In this document: positions 36,647 through 37,556 of the stretch, piece by piece
How positions within the stretch are numbered: position 1 is the stretch's first letter
How the letters are laid out: every line of letters starts with the position of its first letter
IMG/VR virus record: IMGVR_UViG_3300027892_000076
Span: 1 to 37,556 of that record
Length of the DNA: 37,556 bases
Reading direction: 5' to 3' (one strand)
Source: a virus
Lineage: Duplodnaviria; Caudoviricetes
The notes under the pieces: model-generated
Told to the model about the DNA's origin: nothing
The model's input: the letters and a program-made list of their open reading frames with translations, nothing else
Databases searched by the model: none
Position numbers and translations under genes: made by a program

Positions 36647-37401
36647 TTCTTTTTAAGAAGTCCAATTAATGTAAAGACTTCATTAGGTGGAATGTCTTTT
36701 AAGGAATTCCAGTTATTTGGATCGCTCTTGATTTTATCACTATGATATTTTATCACTGTTGATTTAAGCAAATCAAAGCTAACTTTTGGCTTTTTTGAAT
36801 CCATAATAGCCTTTAACATTGAGTGCGGATCTACAGTCGAGTTTTGAATGATAGGAGCAGATACAGTTTCAAACTGTGCCTCTTCTTTGCTTAGGATAGT
36901 TATTCTTAAAGCATTTCTTAAGCACCTTACAAATGCTCTATTTTCAGCAATAGCCGCTAAGTAGTAAGCCCATTCACCCATCTTGTTTTTTCCTATCGCA
37001 CCAGAATTATTCATAGTAGCTTCTCCTATTCCTGAGAAAACAAGCTCTTTCATATCTGTTTCAAAGTTTGGAGCAAAGGTAATTTCGCATTCTACGGAAA
37101 CAGAACCATTGCTTCCATAAACAGGTCTTGAATACTTTAACTTAGAATAGCCGCGCAAATCGAGAAGGTATCTAGAACCAACAAGAAGAGTTAATTTTTG
37201 GTGGTCTTCAACTTCATTCGGCGTAACCTCAGAAAGTGGTTTTCCAAGTTTTTCGACAATTTGATTTTCGTAACTCTTATTTATGACAAAGTGATTTGGC
37301 AAAAGCATCTTTGCCCAATCTACACTGCCATCTTCTCTAAAGATGTATTCTAAATTTGAACGGAGACCATATTCATTACGCGCAATTAGTTTTGGAGTCA
37401 T
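36643..37401 (-). CDS. Putative Rad52/Sak-like ssDNA-annealing protein
   Basis: SVECEITF...FSGIGEA...LAAIAENRAFVRCLRNALRI resembles the Rad52-fold 'AETRA..RA.R..LGI' helix. Converges with the structural operon (shared TTAA). Confidence 0.5.
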   Translation of the reverse strand: MTPKLIARNEYGLRSNLEYIFREDGSVDWAKMLLPNHFVINKSYENQIVEKLGKPLSEVTPNEVEDHQKLTLLVGSRYLLDLRGYSKLKYSRPVYGSNGSVSVECEITFAPNFETDMKELVFSGIGEATMNNSGAIGKNKMGEWAYYLAAIAENRAFVRCLRNALRITILSKEEAQFETVSAPIIQNSTVDPHSMLKAIMDSKKPKVSFDLLKSTVIKYHSDKIKSDPNNWNSLKDIPPNEVFTLIGLLKKN

Positions 37402-37407
37402 TATTAC

Positions 37408-37436
37408 ATGATTAGAGAATACGGTTAGAAAGTCAA
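37408..37436 (-). promoter_or_regulatory. Candidate sigma70-type promoter giving a leaderless transcript
   Basis: Minus strand TTGACT-17 nt-AATCAT-6 nt-ATG (37401). Confidence 0.45.
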
Positions 37437-37440
37437 GGGA

Positions 37441-37554
37441 TTACTCTTGAATGAAGTAAAAATGTTCTTGCTCTTTCCAGAACTCATTATCATTGACTAC
37501 ATTAGAAAAATTTCTATTTAAGTCACTTGTTGGTAAATTATTAGATAGGTTATA
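37441..37554 (-). CDS. 3' end of an upstream minus-strand gene (partial)
   Basis: Open frame from the window end, YNLSNNLPTSDLNRNFSNVVNDNEFWKEQEHFYFIQE*, with stop at 37441-37443. Confidence 0.55.
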   Translation of the reverse strand, partial: YNLSNNLPTSDLNRNFSNVVNDNEFWKEQEHFYFIQE

Positions 37555-37556
37555 TT

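Noticed and set aside
1-37556. Stop-codon reassignment, contractile sheath/eCIS, DGR, tRNA genes
   Set aside because: TAA, TGA and TAG all terminate genes sensibly under code 11 with dense coding. No sheath, baseplate wedge or reverse transcriptase is recognisable, the tip genes are lambda-type, and intergenic gaps show no tRNA-like sequence.

Overview
The window is the virion structural and morphogenesis operon of a large, AT-rich tailed phage (Caudoviricetes) with a non-contractile, lambda-type tail tip. The + strand runs: scaffold (frame open from base 1), capsid decoration protein, major capsid protein, neck and connector genes, three tail-tube-like paralogues, putative tail chaperones, a 4111-aa tape measure protein (TMP), lambda M/L/K/I/J-like tip genes, a LamG-repeat protein and an LRR protein. 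It converges on a minus-strand Rad52/Sak-like gene. The standout observation is inside the TMP. At about 15738-18365, six copies of the motif A-x-G-[FYH]-[VI]-P-N-F delimit an in-frame array of unrelated globular domains: an R-S-E-type ADP-ribosyltransferase-like domain, two different protein-kinase-like domains, a WYL/Sm-like barrel and a small 68-aa module. This looks like a modular cargo cassette that would load host-takeover or anti-defence effectors into the tail lumen for injection with the TMP, possibly released by cleavage at the repeated motif. Secondary signals are a recurrent NGTGTA motif before many genes (candidate phage late promoter), a nested scaffold start, strong [S/T]-G enrichment in outer virion proteins and several recent internal duplications. 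All family assignments come from motif recognition by eye and gene order, not from database searches.
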